This document shows positions 11,901-24,900 of a stretch of 64,000 bases of DNA, piece after piece (positions within the stretch are counted from its first letter, which is position 1; each line of letters begins with the position of its first letter). The translations under genes were made by a program, and so were the position numbers. The stretch is from Paragordius varius (taxonomy: Eukaryota > Animalia > Nematomorpha): NCBI GenBank assembly GCA_964247055.1, contig OZ176053.1:7192001-7256000 (forward strand). The letters are read 5' to 3'. The notes under the pieces are model-generated. The model worked only from the letters and a program-made list of their open reading frames with translations, did not search any database and was not told the DNA's origin.

Positions 11901-14900
11901 AAATATAAAAACCAATTTAATTATCATTAAATACATTTTGCCTTTTGGCGTTTGGCTTAGTTGGGCCGTGAAGAACCGGCTATAAGTATGGATTACACAG
12001 GCAAAATAATTTGGGCCAAGCACAGTCTTATCCAACAAGCCAACCTTAAAACAATCATGGAAAAAACAACCCACACATCTCCCACTGGTATCGATGGCGA
12101 TAATGACACTTTGGACATAGATAATGACCAGGAAACACCTTCTTTGGGAACGAAAACATCCACTTCAGAATGGATTATAAATAGTAAAAGCATTATATAT
12201 ATATATATATATATATATTTGTGCCATCAATTATTTTGTTTTATATGAATGAAAATCGACATAAATATATACTAATTCCTCGTTTTATGTTTTCCTTTGA
12301 TCATTAAAATACCGCCTTTTTGGGATGCATTTTTTATTACAAAGTTAAGGAATCATTGACAAGTTTTATTTTTCATGAATCACATCATCGGGGCAATAAA
12401 CCATTAATTTTTTAGATGCAATTGTGTATCACGTTAAAGATTTTTGTAATTTAACTATGAATTATATCATATTATCAAGAATATACCAACAAAAATCATT
12501 TTAGTTTAAGGTAGTGTGAATTCAAAATTAATTTTGAACAAGAAATATTAAAATATCTACGGTAAATTAGATAGGATCAAGTAAAAATTTGAAATGATCA
12601 AGGATGGATTTAAGCAAAATTATTAAATGTTTGGATAAATATTTTATTTTCTCTTTTTTTTCAAATATGAATTGTATTTATGACCATTTTTTCTGACATA
12701 TATATATATATATATAAACTAATTAAAAAAAGCAAAACAATATTTTTTATAATATTTTAATTCGTAGATGTGGGTTACAAAAGTCTCATATTTTTTTGCT
12801 CTTCAAAAACCGGCTAATTCTTTTCAAATAACCGCAAAAATTCCGGAATTTCAAAACAAATTTTAAATATATGCTAAACTTTGACATCAAAAAATTTTTT
12901 TCAAAAGCACATATATATATATATATATATTTAATTATATTTTTAGTAATATCTAAAATATGTAACTCAATATTTATATAGCATCATTCAAGGATGGTCA
13001 AGTCTTACCCCTTAATGCCAAAGATATGGGTAGCTGCGAAATTTTTCCTCAACATATATCACATAGTCCAAATGGCCGGTGCTTATTTATCATTAATTTT
13101 ATTTCGCAATTATAATAGATTTTTACTTATTTTACAAACAACCATCATAAATATGTTTATAAGACATAGAGTATAATACTGTTAATTAAAGTTGGTATGA
13201 AACGAATCAAAAATTCTTAAATATAGCTTCATCACTATAAAATATTGGGATAAAACTCAAATTTAAGCAAAATATTTAAACGGTTAATTCCATTATGATT
13301 GGTTAAGTTAGGAAATATAACATATTTTTGGTTATAATGATGAAATACTTTCAAGCATAAAGCATATAGAAACGTTCGCCTGACCGGTTATTAAGTTATT
13401 AATATTATTGTAAATTTTGTAAAATATTGAATGAAGATTTGTTACCGTTTGCGGTGATGGAGAATACATAATTTACACATCTATGGCATTGCGTAACAAA
13501 AGTTTTGGTTCAGCCTATGATTTTGTCTGGTCTAATCAAGATGCTTACGCTTTAAGGGAAAGTAACAGCACCGTTAAAATTTATCGGAATTTTAAGGAGA
13601 GTGCCATTTTCAAACCCGATTATGGTTGTGAAGGTATATTAACATATTGGAACTATTGGAAACATTTAATGATCTTTTGAGGATGTGACGCAGTAATATT
13701 TACAATTGTAAATATATAATAGAGTGTATTACCGATTCACATCTATATTCCCTTTTTTTGCAACCTAAACTATAGGTTAAATTAATCAAATCTAGGTTTA
13801 AAATGGTATGGCTGTTTTTTTATAGAGATACTTCTTTCAAATTTTACGTATGTCTTTATTTTATTTTTTTATGGAACTTACATTTGGCAGTTTATTGTTT
13901 TATCCATAGGAATTTTCGGCGGGTATCTTCTTGGAACCAGAACAGCGAATTCCTTATCTTTCTACGATTGGCAAACCACTGAACTCATTCGTCGTATCGA
14001 AATCCAGGCTAAAAATGTAATTTATGTTTATAAATATCTACATCTTTCGATCTCTCTAAATAAAATAACTTTTTAATTGGTAAAAATGACTAACATATAC
14101 ATTTTGGCCAATTGGCACCAAGCGTATGGATAAAAACGAATATTATTGAAATTAAACAATTTTTCCCATCTACAACAATAATTTGTTTATCTAATTATGG
14201 ACAATCACATGGTATTCTAATACCAATGGGTCAACAATAATGTGAATTGACCAACATTAAATATTTATAAAAATAACTAGATTACTTTGAATTTTAACTG
14301 ATAGAATTTTTTTAAACTATTACTTTTACCAAATGGTTATATCCGTTTTAACCTGATTGTAAATATTTTTTTATGTTAGGTATATTGGTCAACTTCCGGA
14401 CCGGCGAGCATAACACCTGGTTCTTCATCTAACGAAAACTCCTTACAAAATTCAATTCAAGGTAATATTTAGCGATACATATATTTGACTACAAATTATC
14501 TTATGACGTAATTATTGATTACCACCGTCTATTTTATTATGGTTTTAATGTTAATTGTAATAAAATTTTCTAAAACTTTTCAGTTACCTATGATTTTACT
14601 ACTTAAAACAAAACTTAACATTGAAGGTGCATAATGTGATTTATATAATTTGTGATTAGTGAGTAAATAAATAAGAATTCTTGAAAGAAAATATTTAACT
14701 TTAATTAATTTACTATGCAAGAGTTTCCTACCATTATAGATTTCATCTAAAATTTCTAATATATGCAGTAAACTTCTTTCTGATTTGGGATTTTAGGCAC
14801 TACCCCTTAATAGAGTCAAGCTGATCATTATGCACGTTTGCAATATTGATTAGTCTCATCAAATTAAATGTTCCCACAAACTAATATTATATAAAAATAA

Positions 14901-17900
14901 ATTTAATCATTTTTCATTTTTTTAGACAACTGTATGTATTAATTATTATATACTAATTATTTATTCAAAAATTAATCTATATTTTTAAAAAGTTCCATAA
15001 TGCGGATAAGGACTCATATAATTGGGTCTTATAGGGGAGAGGGTCCACTGCATATATCTCTTTTTTTGTGTGGAAGTGAAAATTTAGCCTTTTTTACCTA
15101 AAATTTATAGACGCCATAATAAAAGTGGCTAGCGGGAAAAGGGTGGTCATCCCTCCTTCCATAAAATTTAATCTAATAAATATAAACTTTATTTAAATAT
15201 ACTATCACATTTTTTATTCAATTTTATTCTAATAAATAAAACAACACAGTTGCCCTGGTTACGGATGAAAGTTTTTTCATCCTAAAGTATGATGGGGAGG
15301 CCGTAGCCCAAACTCGAACTCAATATGAGAGTGGAAGCGGGCCAACGCCAGCCACCACGAATGAAGACGGTTATGAGGATGCCTTTGAAGTCCTGAGCGA
15401 AATTGGGGACACGGTTAAAACGGCTTGTTGGGTCGGAGATTGTTTCATTTACACCAATGCCTACAATCGCTTGAGTTATTATGTTGGAGGTGAAATTGTT
15501 ACCATAGCTCATATGAACAGGTGTGGTGTCTTTACATCATATATCTATATATTCATGCTTTTAAAGGATTAGTTTATCCTCTTTTTTATTTATATTCTTT
15601 TGTTTTTTGACGTATATTTTGGTCGTTATTTATATATTATGCACTATATAAAGATTTTATGTTTTATTTCATTTTTTTGCAAGAAATCATGAAATTTGAT
15701 TTATCACTGTCTTAAGTATTCGCTTATTAATATTCATTGTCGTATAGCAACATTGAAATTTTGAAAATTATTTGCGTATTTATAAAGACATTGAAGATTA
15801 TGAAAAGCATTAAAATTGATGTTATTACGTTCTATTTTAACATATTATATTTATCATGTAATTTTTTTCCCTTTGAATTAGCCCCTTGTATATGCTGGGA
15901 TACATACCTTTACATAATCGTGTGTACTTATGTGACAAAGATTTGAATGTCGTGAGTTACACTTTGTTATTGCCCGTTTTACGTTATCAGACTGCAGTGA
16001 TGCGTCGTGATTTCACTGAAGCCGACAAACTTTTACCAACTATACCATCTGAGGAAAGGGCAAAAGTTGCTCATTTCTTGGAAAAGCAAGTAAAGTTTTT
16101 TGCTTATTCGACAAAATTTATATAAAAATATTTTTTTAAACAAAAGCTTATGGTTTTTATTAATAAAATAATAATTTTATTACCCAATAAAGATTGGAAT
16201 TAAGGCCATGTTATTCCTGAAAATCTATTTCTTTTTTATATAAATCATAAAGAGCTTTGATGGATCCAATAATTATTATGGTGATAATGGCGAGATTAAT
16301 AATTGGTTCACCATCATTTTATTTTTTACACAAAATTTTCTCTTTTGACCTTGAAAAATATATTATAGTATTGTTTATAGATCTATTTATTCTATATTAC
16401 AAAGTGGTATAAATAAAACTCATTTTTAATCTCTTAAAAGATTGAAATAATTCTGAATTGTTTTAGTTTACAATCAAAGTTAAATATGTTGGGTTATAAT
16501 TTTTTTCAATTTTTTCGAAAGGGAATTTTTTGATTGATGTCTAGATAACAAATTCTCTTTAAGATTGGATCTAAAGATTATGATACTTTCTACCTCTCAC
16601 TGTATAATAAAATTCAATGGCCTATTTTTTATTTAAATTTGACTAAAAAATACTAAACATAATATACCATTGTTACGTTCACAAATAATTATTCGAATAA
16701 TTGAGTAAAACAAAATATTTTTATCTTTAAATTTTTATGAGGGAATTTTTTTATTTCAAAATAGGGCTTCAAAAAACAAGCTTTGGTAGTATCTACAGAT
16801 CCTGAACATAAATTTGAACTTGCTCTCCAATTGAATGAAATGAATTTGGCCTTTGACATTGCCAATGAAATTGACGTAAATAGATTTTTATACTCTGTGT
16901 TATACCTTTTGAAAATATATATTACATGTTCTTAAATATCGGTTTAATTATTAATCCACATGTGTTGTTTCATATAGTCTGACCAGAAATGGAAACAGTT
17001 GGCAGATTTATGCATTAACACAACTGGTGATTTGGTGATGGCTCAAGAATGTTTGTGGAAAGCCAACGATCTAAGTTCGCTCTGTCTGTTGGCCCAAACT
17101 CTTAATGATGGGATACTTATGGAACGTGTCGGGTCATCAGCACTAAAATCCAAAGTGTATAACGTGGCTTTTCTGGCATACTTTTCCCTGGGAAAGTATA
17201 ACTTTAGTATAATATTTGGGTTTGATTTTAAAAAAGATATAGAGTGTTTCCTAAAAAAGGTGTATTCATGGTCTGTTGTAATGGTTGAAATGAATATATT
17301 TTTGGTTGTTATTGGATATAATGTGATTAATTAAGTTAATTGGTATAAAAAATGAATAATGTCATAAAACTTGTCCATTTTAAAAGATTAAGGCTAATTT
17401 TACGGATATGAAATTGAAAAGTATATGCCTGTTTGATATGGGTAACGTTTTTTACGTACATATTTTATAGGCCAATTATTCTGAGAATTAATAAACATAA
17501 ATTATTTTAGCCCTAAAACGTGCTTGGATATTTTGGTCAAGTCAAATCGCTTACCCGAAGCCGCTTTTTTTGCTCGTTCCTATGTACCATCGCAATTAGA
17601 GAGGTATTTTTTATGTTATATTTTTTATGTGTTTTAACGTGATTTTAAATTTACTAAACATCTTTAATACCAATAGGGTTTACCTTAAAAATTATCTTAT
17701 TTTAAAATATACATAAAAAAATTTGATTAAAACTAATTTAATTAAAATAACAATCATTATATGAAAACCCAAGCACACACCCTTGTAACATTTTCTTTCA
17801 GAATATTTTTATACATTATTAGTTTAATTGAATTTATATTTTTGCTTAATATCTAGAGTTGTACATTTATGGCGTGATAGTTTGAATGATAGTACCTCAA

Positions 17901-18391
17901 AAGCTGACAAAAAAATTGGAAAAATTTTAGCTTATCCTTCCGAATATGAAAATTTATTTCTTGGATTCAATGAAAGCTTGCGCTTAGAACACGAAGTCTA
18001 AATCTCAATTTCCAAATTATATTTTTTATCACAATTATTGGATTATATAATTTACCATAATTTTAATGTAAATTAATTGATAAATAAATTAACAATTATC
18101 CCAAATATAATTTATTAGTAATGTATTGTTTATGGAATTTACATTTAGATGTATGGTGGAAATATATTAAACGAAAATACTTTACATAGTAATGAAGCTA
18201 CTGAGATAAAAAATCATGATTCTACTGAAAATAGATCTAAAAAACGGAGCGAACATATAACCTCATCGGATAGTGAAAGCGAAAAAATTCCGAAAACAGT
18301 TTTGGATAAAAGAAAAGATTCTACCAAACACCTAGACATTGATAGTATTGATCTGACACATTTTGAATTGGATTCAGCGGTACATGACTAA
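8970..18391 (+). CDS. COPB2: Coatomer subunit beta' (WD40), about 20 exons
   Basis: Exons 8970-8972 (ATG only), 9040-9177, 9485-9571, 9656-9782, 10131-10279, 10461-10607, 10711-10810, 11021-11163, 11961-12183, 12982-13078, 13437-13633, 13910-14016, 14380-14461, 15250-15520, 15882-16089, 16765-16875, 16978-17195, 17511-17603, 17857-17995, 18149-18391 (last exon less certain). Translation begins [24 protein letters not shown] and follows the known protein throughout. Confidence 0.96.
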
Positions 18392-18939
18392 ACTATTCTA
18401 TTGACTTATTTAATTATTTTACTAATTTTGATGTCCTAAAAGTTATTATTGGTAAAAAATATAAAATATATATTTTGCAAGGATGTTTGTATTTTAATCC
18501 GAATATGTATTACACAAGACAACAAATTTTTGTGCCACTAGAGATTTTTGCATTTTGTTATATTTACTCTCATTTTAACAGTAAAACTAAATTAAAAATT
18601 CTACCTAAGGATTTTTTGTAATTTGATTTTTATGATTATGCGCCCTCTTTCTCAAACGTGTTATCAATGAAATATTTCATATAAATAGTTCTATATTTAA
18701 TTATTATTAATTTCTTTTATCCATGTAGAATGGAAACGAAACAGAACATTAACGAAATGTGTTTTGCGGCTGTTTTTCATAAAATTATTTATTTATCATA
18801 TTCGTCTTTTTTCAATATATTTATTACATATATTTACTAATACAAAAATAAATTGACATGGGTATAAATTGACAAAATATATACATAATTATAATTATAT
18901 ATTGCACTAATTATAATTGCACATTTGAAAAAGTAAGTT

Positions 18940-21900
18940 CTACAAGTTTTTGGAATGAAACGGTGAGCTTTGGTCCATAAGAAGATATTGGCATTGACCA
19001 TTAGAAAATCTGAAATATAATATATAGTTAAACTTTGCCTCAATCTCCAAAGTAAAAAGTTTTTAATATAGAGCATTAATTTAAACCAAAATTTTTAGAT
19101 TCTTTTACCTATATAGCTTGAAATTAATTAGGGTTGTTTAATTTGTAGTTAAGAGCCCTTTAACTATATTTAAAAACCCTTAATACCCAAAACAAAATAT
19201 CAGGGGCTAGAGATTTGATTATGTTTATAATACAAAATTATCTTATTATTTTATCCGGTCTAATATAAAAAAACTTTGGAATATATATAATTTCAATTTC
19301 TCTGTATAAGCTATAAAATTAATTATAATATTAAAAAAATGTATTACCTAACAACTCCCTGAAAACATGGAATGTCTAACGTATCGAATGGTGTTTGAGA
19401 TATTTTGTAATCTGTAAAACACGATAAAATTTTGTGAAATTCCTTTTTTTCTGAAACTTCAATCAGTATCACATTGGTACTAAAAAACAGAAATTTATTA
19501 ACATATAAAATTAAGACACAATAGATGAAGGTTTACATTATTTTAATTAAACACTATTCCAATTCCGTTTTTTGAGGTCCCCCTTTAAATACTTTAACTT
19601 TATTGTCCAGATCCAATAATTTAAAAAAATATACGCATAAATTATTTTATAAGTTTTTTAAATAAAATACTCCAAAATCGACCTTATCTTACCTAACAAG
19701 TGTAAATTAGAAAATAATTTATTATACAATGTCAAATATTGGGCCAATATGTGCCAATTAAACCCGTACTTTAAGTTGGTTTGTTATTAAATTCAGTATA
19801 TATTTCTTTAAAAAGTTTTACTTTTATTTTTTTTCAATTATTTTATAAATACCCCAAAACTTACGTATGATGCGTTTTAAGTTGCTGACATATTTCGGAA
19901 TATAAAACGTCATTTCCCAATTGTTCCATGGAAAAGGTATATATTATAGCCGAGTATCGTAAACGATGAATATAATTTGTATAAACCAATAATGAGCTGA
20001 AATGTTCAATTTCATTTATCCAAATAAATGGATCCCTATTATAATAAAAAATAAAATAGATGAATTTTATATTTATGGAAAAATCTGAATGATTAATAAC
20101 AAATATATTTTTTATATCACTAATATTTACTGATTTATTGACAGGGTAGGGATATTTTGATATTCCATTCCCGATTTGGATAATTGAAAATGTAAAACAC
20201 GTGAAACATCTGGATATATAACCAAACTTCCCGCCAAAATTTTCATAGATAAACTATGATAAGATATGATTAAATTATAGATTAGTTAAAAAAAAGATAA
20301 TAATATTATATTTTACCCATTGTAATTGTTATGATTTGTACCAAGTAGATTAATGTTAACCAAATACGAACCCTGCAGTAATGTAGGCGAAAATGATACT
20401 AAATAAAGTTCCCTGGGAAGCGACGACAAATAATTAAAGCCTGTATATAGCGGCAAAATATGATAAATTATAAAACATATTTAATAAGTGATTGTAAAAA
20501 TTATTGTATGCATTTTATTTGATTTCCCACCATAGTCGGTTAATTTGCACAGTAATGTGAAAAAACAACAAAATGTTGACAAAACAATTTCCTTTCTTAC
20601 ATTACTTTGTTTATTTTATTCAATATTTTGTTGTTTTTTGTTGCAAATTGCCCAACTATAATGTGAAATAAGCAGCCATTAAAATGCATAGTGTATAATA
20701 TATGAAACAGACAAAAAATGTGGTTGATATGTAAAATGTATATGGGTAAATAAAACCTATAGGATTATAAGCAGACACTATGCTAATTCTATTTGTGATT
20801 TTGATAGTGTCGAGTTTTGACGAATTGGATATGATATCATAGGCACGGGACATAAAATGTATGTAATCGGGTGATAAAACAGTGTATGGTTTAACAATTA
20901 TTCCATATCCCTGTTTTATTGAAACAATAAATTAATTAAATATATACATTCATTAGTTTTAATTAACAAAAAAATACTTGAATAAAACCATTCATGACAG
21001 ACCAATCCAGATAAGGATCTAAACAAAATATAAAAATACGTAAATATTCTATAATAAAATTTGTGAATTTTAGCACTTTTGCATCAGTTTTGTTTTCAAT
21101 CATGTAATTGTTATTTCTTATTCATCCAATAAAAATATACGTATTTAACAAATATTAACCGTCGCAACCAGTCCATTTTTCGAAATCCAATCCTTCATAA
21201 TAGTGGTATTTTGCCCCAAATAAATTACATAGCTTTTCAATGCGTGCGTTATGATGATACGAATCGTTACATTCATTAAAAGTATTTTTTCTTGTAGCGC
21301 TTGAGATTAAAATAACCTAGAAGAATTATAAATCTGTATTATTATACGTCATGGATACATAAAACCGAAAAAACTAAAATATTGTTAAATTCATATTTTT
21401 TAATTAATTCAAAAATTATTTTAGTTTATGTAAGACCGTTATGAGATGATTTTTGATGCCAGGTTGATAAGAGATTGTTTCGAGAGTCATGCGAAGCATA
21501 GAGATATCTTCCGATTCTAAAATCATAAAATAATGAAAGCAATAAATGATTATTTAGTTTAATGCGATTAACTTATAAATGAGTTTATAAAATATATGAA
21601 TGGACAAGTTTAAATTCGAATAAAAGAGTTTCCATTTGTATTTATATATGAAATAAATACTCTGTTAAGTAAAATATTTTTATGTGTTTTGTAATTAATT
21701 ATTATCTTAAAGTATGTTTAATCTAAAATATTATCGGTATCATTGCGTTTTCATCAAGTAAGGGACCATATTTTGGTTAATTATGATTGTGAAAAATACA
21801 AATTTTATATAAATACTTGTAAATACTAGAATTGGTACATCATAGATCGGATGATATGCCAATTCGGGTTTAATCAAAGGAGCCGATGGTATAGTATCAT

Positions 21901-24900
21901 ATATTTGATAATCTGCAATTAAAAATTCAAATTTATTAAATTATAAAAATAACGCATATTTAATTTGTTACAAACGGATTAAAATAAATCTAATATGCAA
22001 GTTTTAAACCAAAATCTTTTAATCCGAAATATAATATTGTCTCAACAAATCTCAAACTATTTAAGAACAATAAAAAAATACCAGAACAAAAGTTATTTTC
22101 CCAATCATAACTTGCATTGATTACAAGATTTCCCCTTTCATTACACCAGGAGGATTTATCCGTGTTAATATTAGGCAAATAATCCAAATAAATAGGTACC
22201 ATTAAAGGTACAAACATTGAAAAAAAATCTCTTTGGTCCCTGTTAACTAGTTGATATAATTGTGAATCGATATGGTGATAAAAACATGTAGCGAATTCTA
22301 AGCGAAAAGCCCACGCAGTTCGCGTATTTGGATATTCCATCTAACAAATGTAATTTTTGTAATATTAAGACCCATGATTAAGTAAGTACGAATGTAATAC
22401 TTTAATTTATCAAAAATATATTTTCTTTCGTTAAATGGGTATAGATATTTGTTATAGAATGGAAACAATAAAAGCTCTATGGTATTAATTATATCATATT
22501 CTTCATAAAAGTATAAGAATTATTATGAGCTCTTGTTTTTTTCCATTCTTTACCAAATATTTATACCCATTTAACGGAAAAAAATAAATTTTTAATAAAA
22601 TAAAGGATACATGACTGTAAGTACGTATGGAATACTTAAGTCCATTTACTTCGGTCCTTATGCTTACATAAATAAATATCATCATAAGTCTGCCCCTTGT
22701 AGACTTGTTAAAATAAAATTTCAAAGGGGTAAAACTTGAAAAATATTGCGAATTTTTAATTCTGTAGAATGGGAGATTGAAATTCGAGTATATTTAACAA
22801 ATAAATAGGACTGACTATAATTGCTTGAATCGTTCGACTCAAATTTAATACATGAATATATAGATCCTAAAAAACACATGTCAAATACAAAATTTTTTAG
22901 ATAGTAGGTGCGCATAGTTAACTATTTCATGGCGATTTAGATATTTGCATAATGGTTATAATATTTAAATTATTTTTATTGCTTACAAGCGTCTAAAGTT
23001 CTGTTTTATATCGGTTCAAGTCGGCCAATTTTTACCCTTTATACCCTTATTTATGAGACCCCCATTTTATTTACATTCTTGAATTAAATTCATATAACAT
23101 AAATGAAATCAGAGTCAGACAGGATTTAGTTGATCTTTTGGAAAAGTATAAGGAATTTATATTTTATAGATACCCTATTACATTCAAATAAAGAAAAGTC
23201 CAAGTGGTTTAAAAGAAAACTGGGACATGCTATATTTAAAACACAAAAAGGAATTGGAAAAGAGCCCTATTTTCAAATATCTTTGCATCCTCTATCCTTA
23301 CAGGATCTTTTACCTCCAAAGAGGTAAAACATTCGTTACTATCCATTGTCGTTTTTATGATATAAGTAAAGTAATTTTTCCTATTCAAAAAAATTAAAGG
23401 ATCCTTAGATGGTTAATTATGGGTGCCGAGGGTTTATTTATTTCTACATGGGTGCAGAAGGTTTATTTAAATTTTATGAATAGGAAAAATTACTTTAGTT
23501 ATAACATACAAGCGACAGTGAATAGTAAAGAATGTTTACCTTTTTGGAGGTAAAATATCCTGAAAGGGTACATGATGCCAGGATATTTGAAAATAGTGCT
23601 CTTTTCCAATTCTTTTTTATATTCTAAATATAACATCTTTCAGTTTTCTTTGACATGACTTGGACTCGTTTGTAATATAGGGAATCTATAAAATATAAAT
23701 TCCTTCTACTTTTCAAAAAGATCAACAAAACCCTCTGGGTCTGATTTCATTTTGCATATTATATGAATGTAAAAGGATGTAAGAAATAATGGCAGACTTG
23801 AAAGAACCCATTACACAATTTTAGACATTTGTACGCAATAAAAACCATATTAAATCTAAATGGTTATACACATCATTGCGCAAATATTTTAATCGCCGAG
23901 ACATCAATAAAATATTGTTCAATATGTTTGGATTTTACATGTATGTTTAGGATTTTATTTTTTTAATGGAATAAAGTAACCTTGAATTTGAGTCGGAAAT
24001 ATTGTTAAATTTACTTGACTTTCTATCCTCCAATACAAAAAACTCAAAAATTTGCAATATTTTTTAGTTGTGCCACTTTAAAATTTTAACAAGTTTGCTA
24101 GGAACAGACTTATGATTGATGTAATAATATTTATTTAAAAATGTTAGCATAAGTAAAAAAACAAACCATAAGTACATATTTTGTATAAGTACGTAATTTT
24201 AACACGGATTAAGAGTAATTTTTTGTAATTTAAATAAGAATTAATTAAATCAAAAGAACACAATAAAATTTTTAACTAAGGTAGTGAAAAAAACATGGTA
24301 TTTATGAATACCCTTCATAATAAGAGCTTTCATTATATAAACAGCGATCATTATCCAATGAGCCCCTGCTAATCATGCAATTATTTTTTAATTAAGCCCT
24401 AATAGTCATCGAGTAAATAAAAATTATTTGATCACTTTGTTTTATTTTAAATTAAAAATGTCTGTAGTATATTATTAATTATAAATGTATGTTGTTTTAT
24501 AAAATTTAATATTAAGTAAATTAATCAAAAAGCAAAATATTAATTATTTTTAAATTGTACATGCGGACAGATAAAAACAATGTTTTTTGTCCGACAATCA
24601 GAGTCATAAGAAAAGAGTGGGGGTTGGCAGATTTATTAGTATTAAAATGTTTTATAAAAATGTCTCGTTTAGCTTTAAATTATCATTTTCCATTATTATG
24701 CTGCACAGATTTTATTTGATTCATATTTTGATGCCTAGTGCAAAGGCTGAATCAAAACACAAAAATTTTGATAAGATAGTTACTAAAATATTTCTTAATA
24801 AATCTATTAGTAAATCATTCGCAAATATATTTTATATTTATAAAACGCTTTATATAAAAAAATTTCAATCTAATAGAATGGAGTAAAAATTTACATGTTC

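Noticed and set aside
21019-21039. Possible 21-nt intron preceded by an extra exon (NNNYMIENKTDAK...) in the POMGNT1-like gene
   Set aside because: No phase-compatible acceptor links that exon upstream; the direct splice 21160 to 21018 gives spacing that matches POMGNT1.
22721-22915. 64-aa ORF first considered as the first exon of the POMGNT1-like gene
   Set aside because: True upstream ILEI exons were found at 24.9-29.3 kb and splice in phase to 22340; this ORF has no homology.
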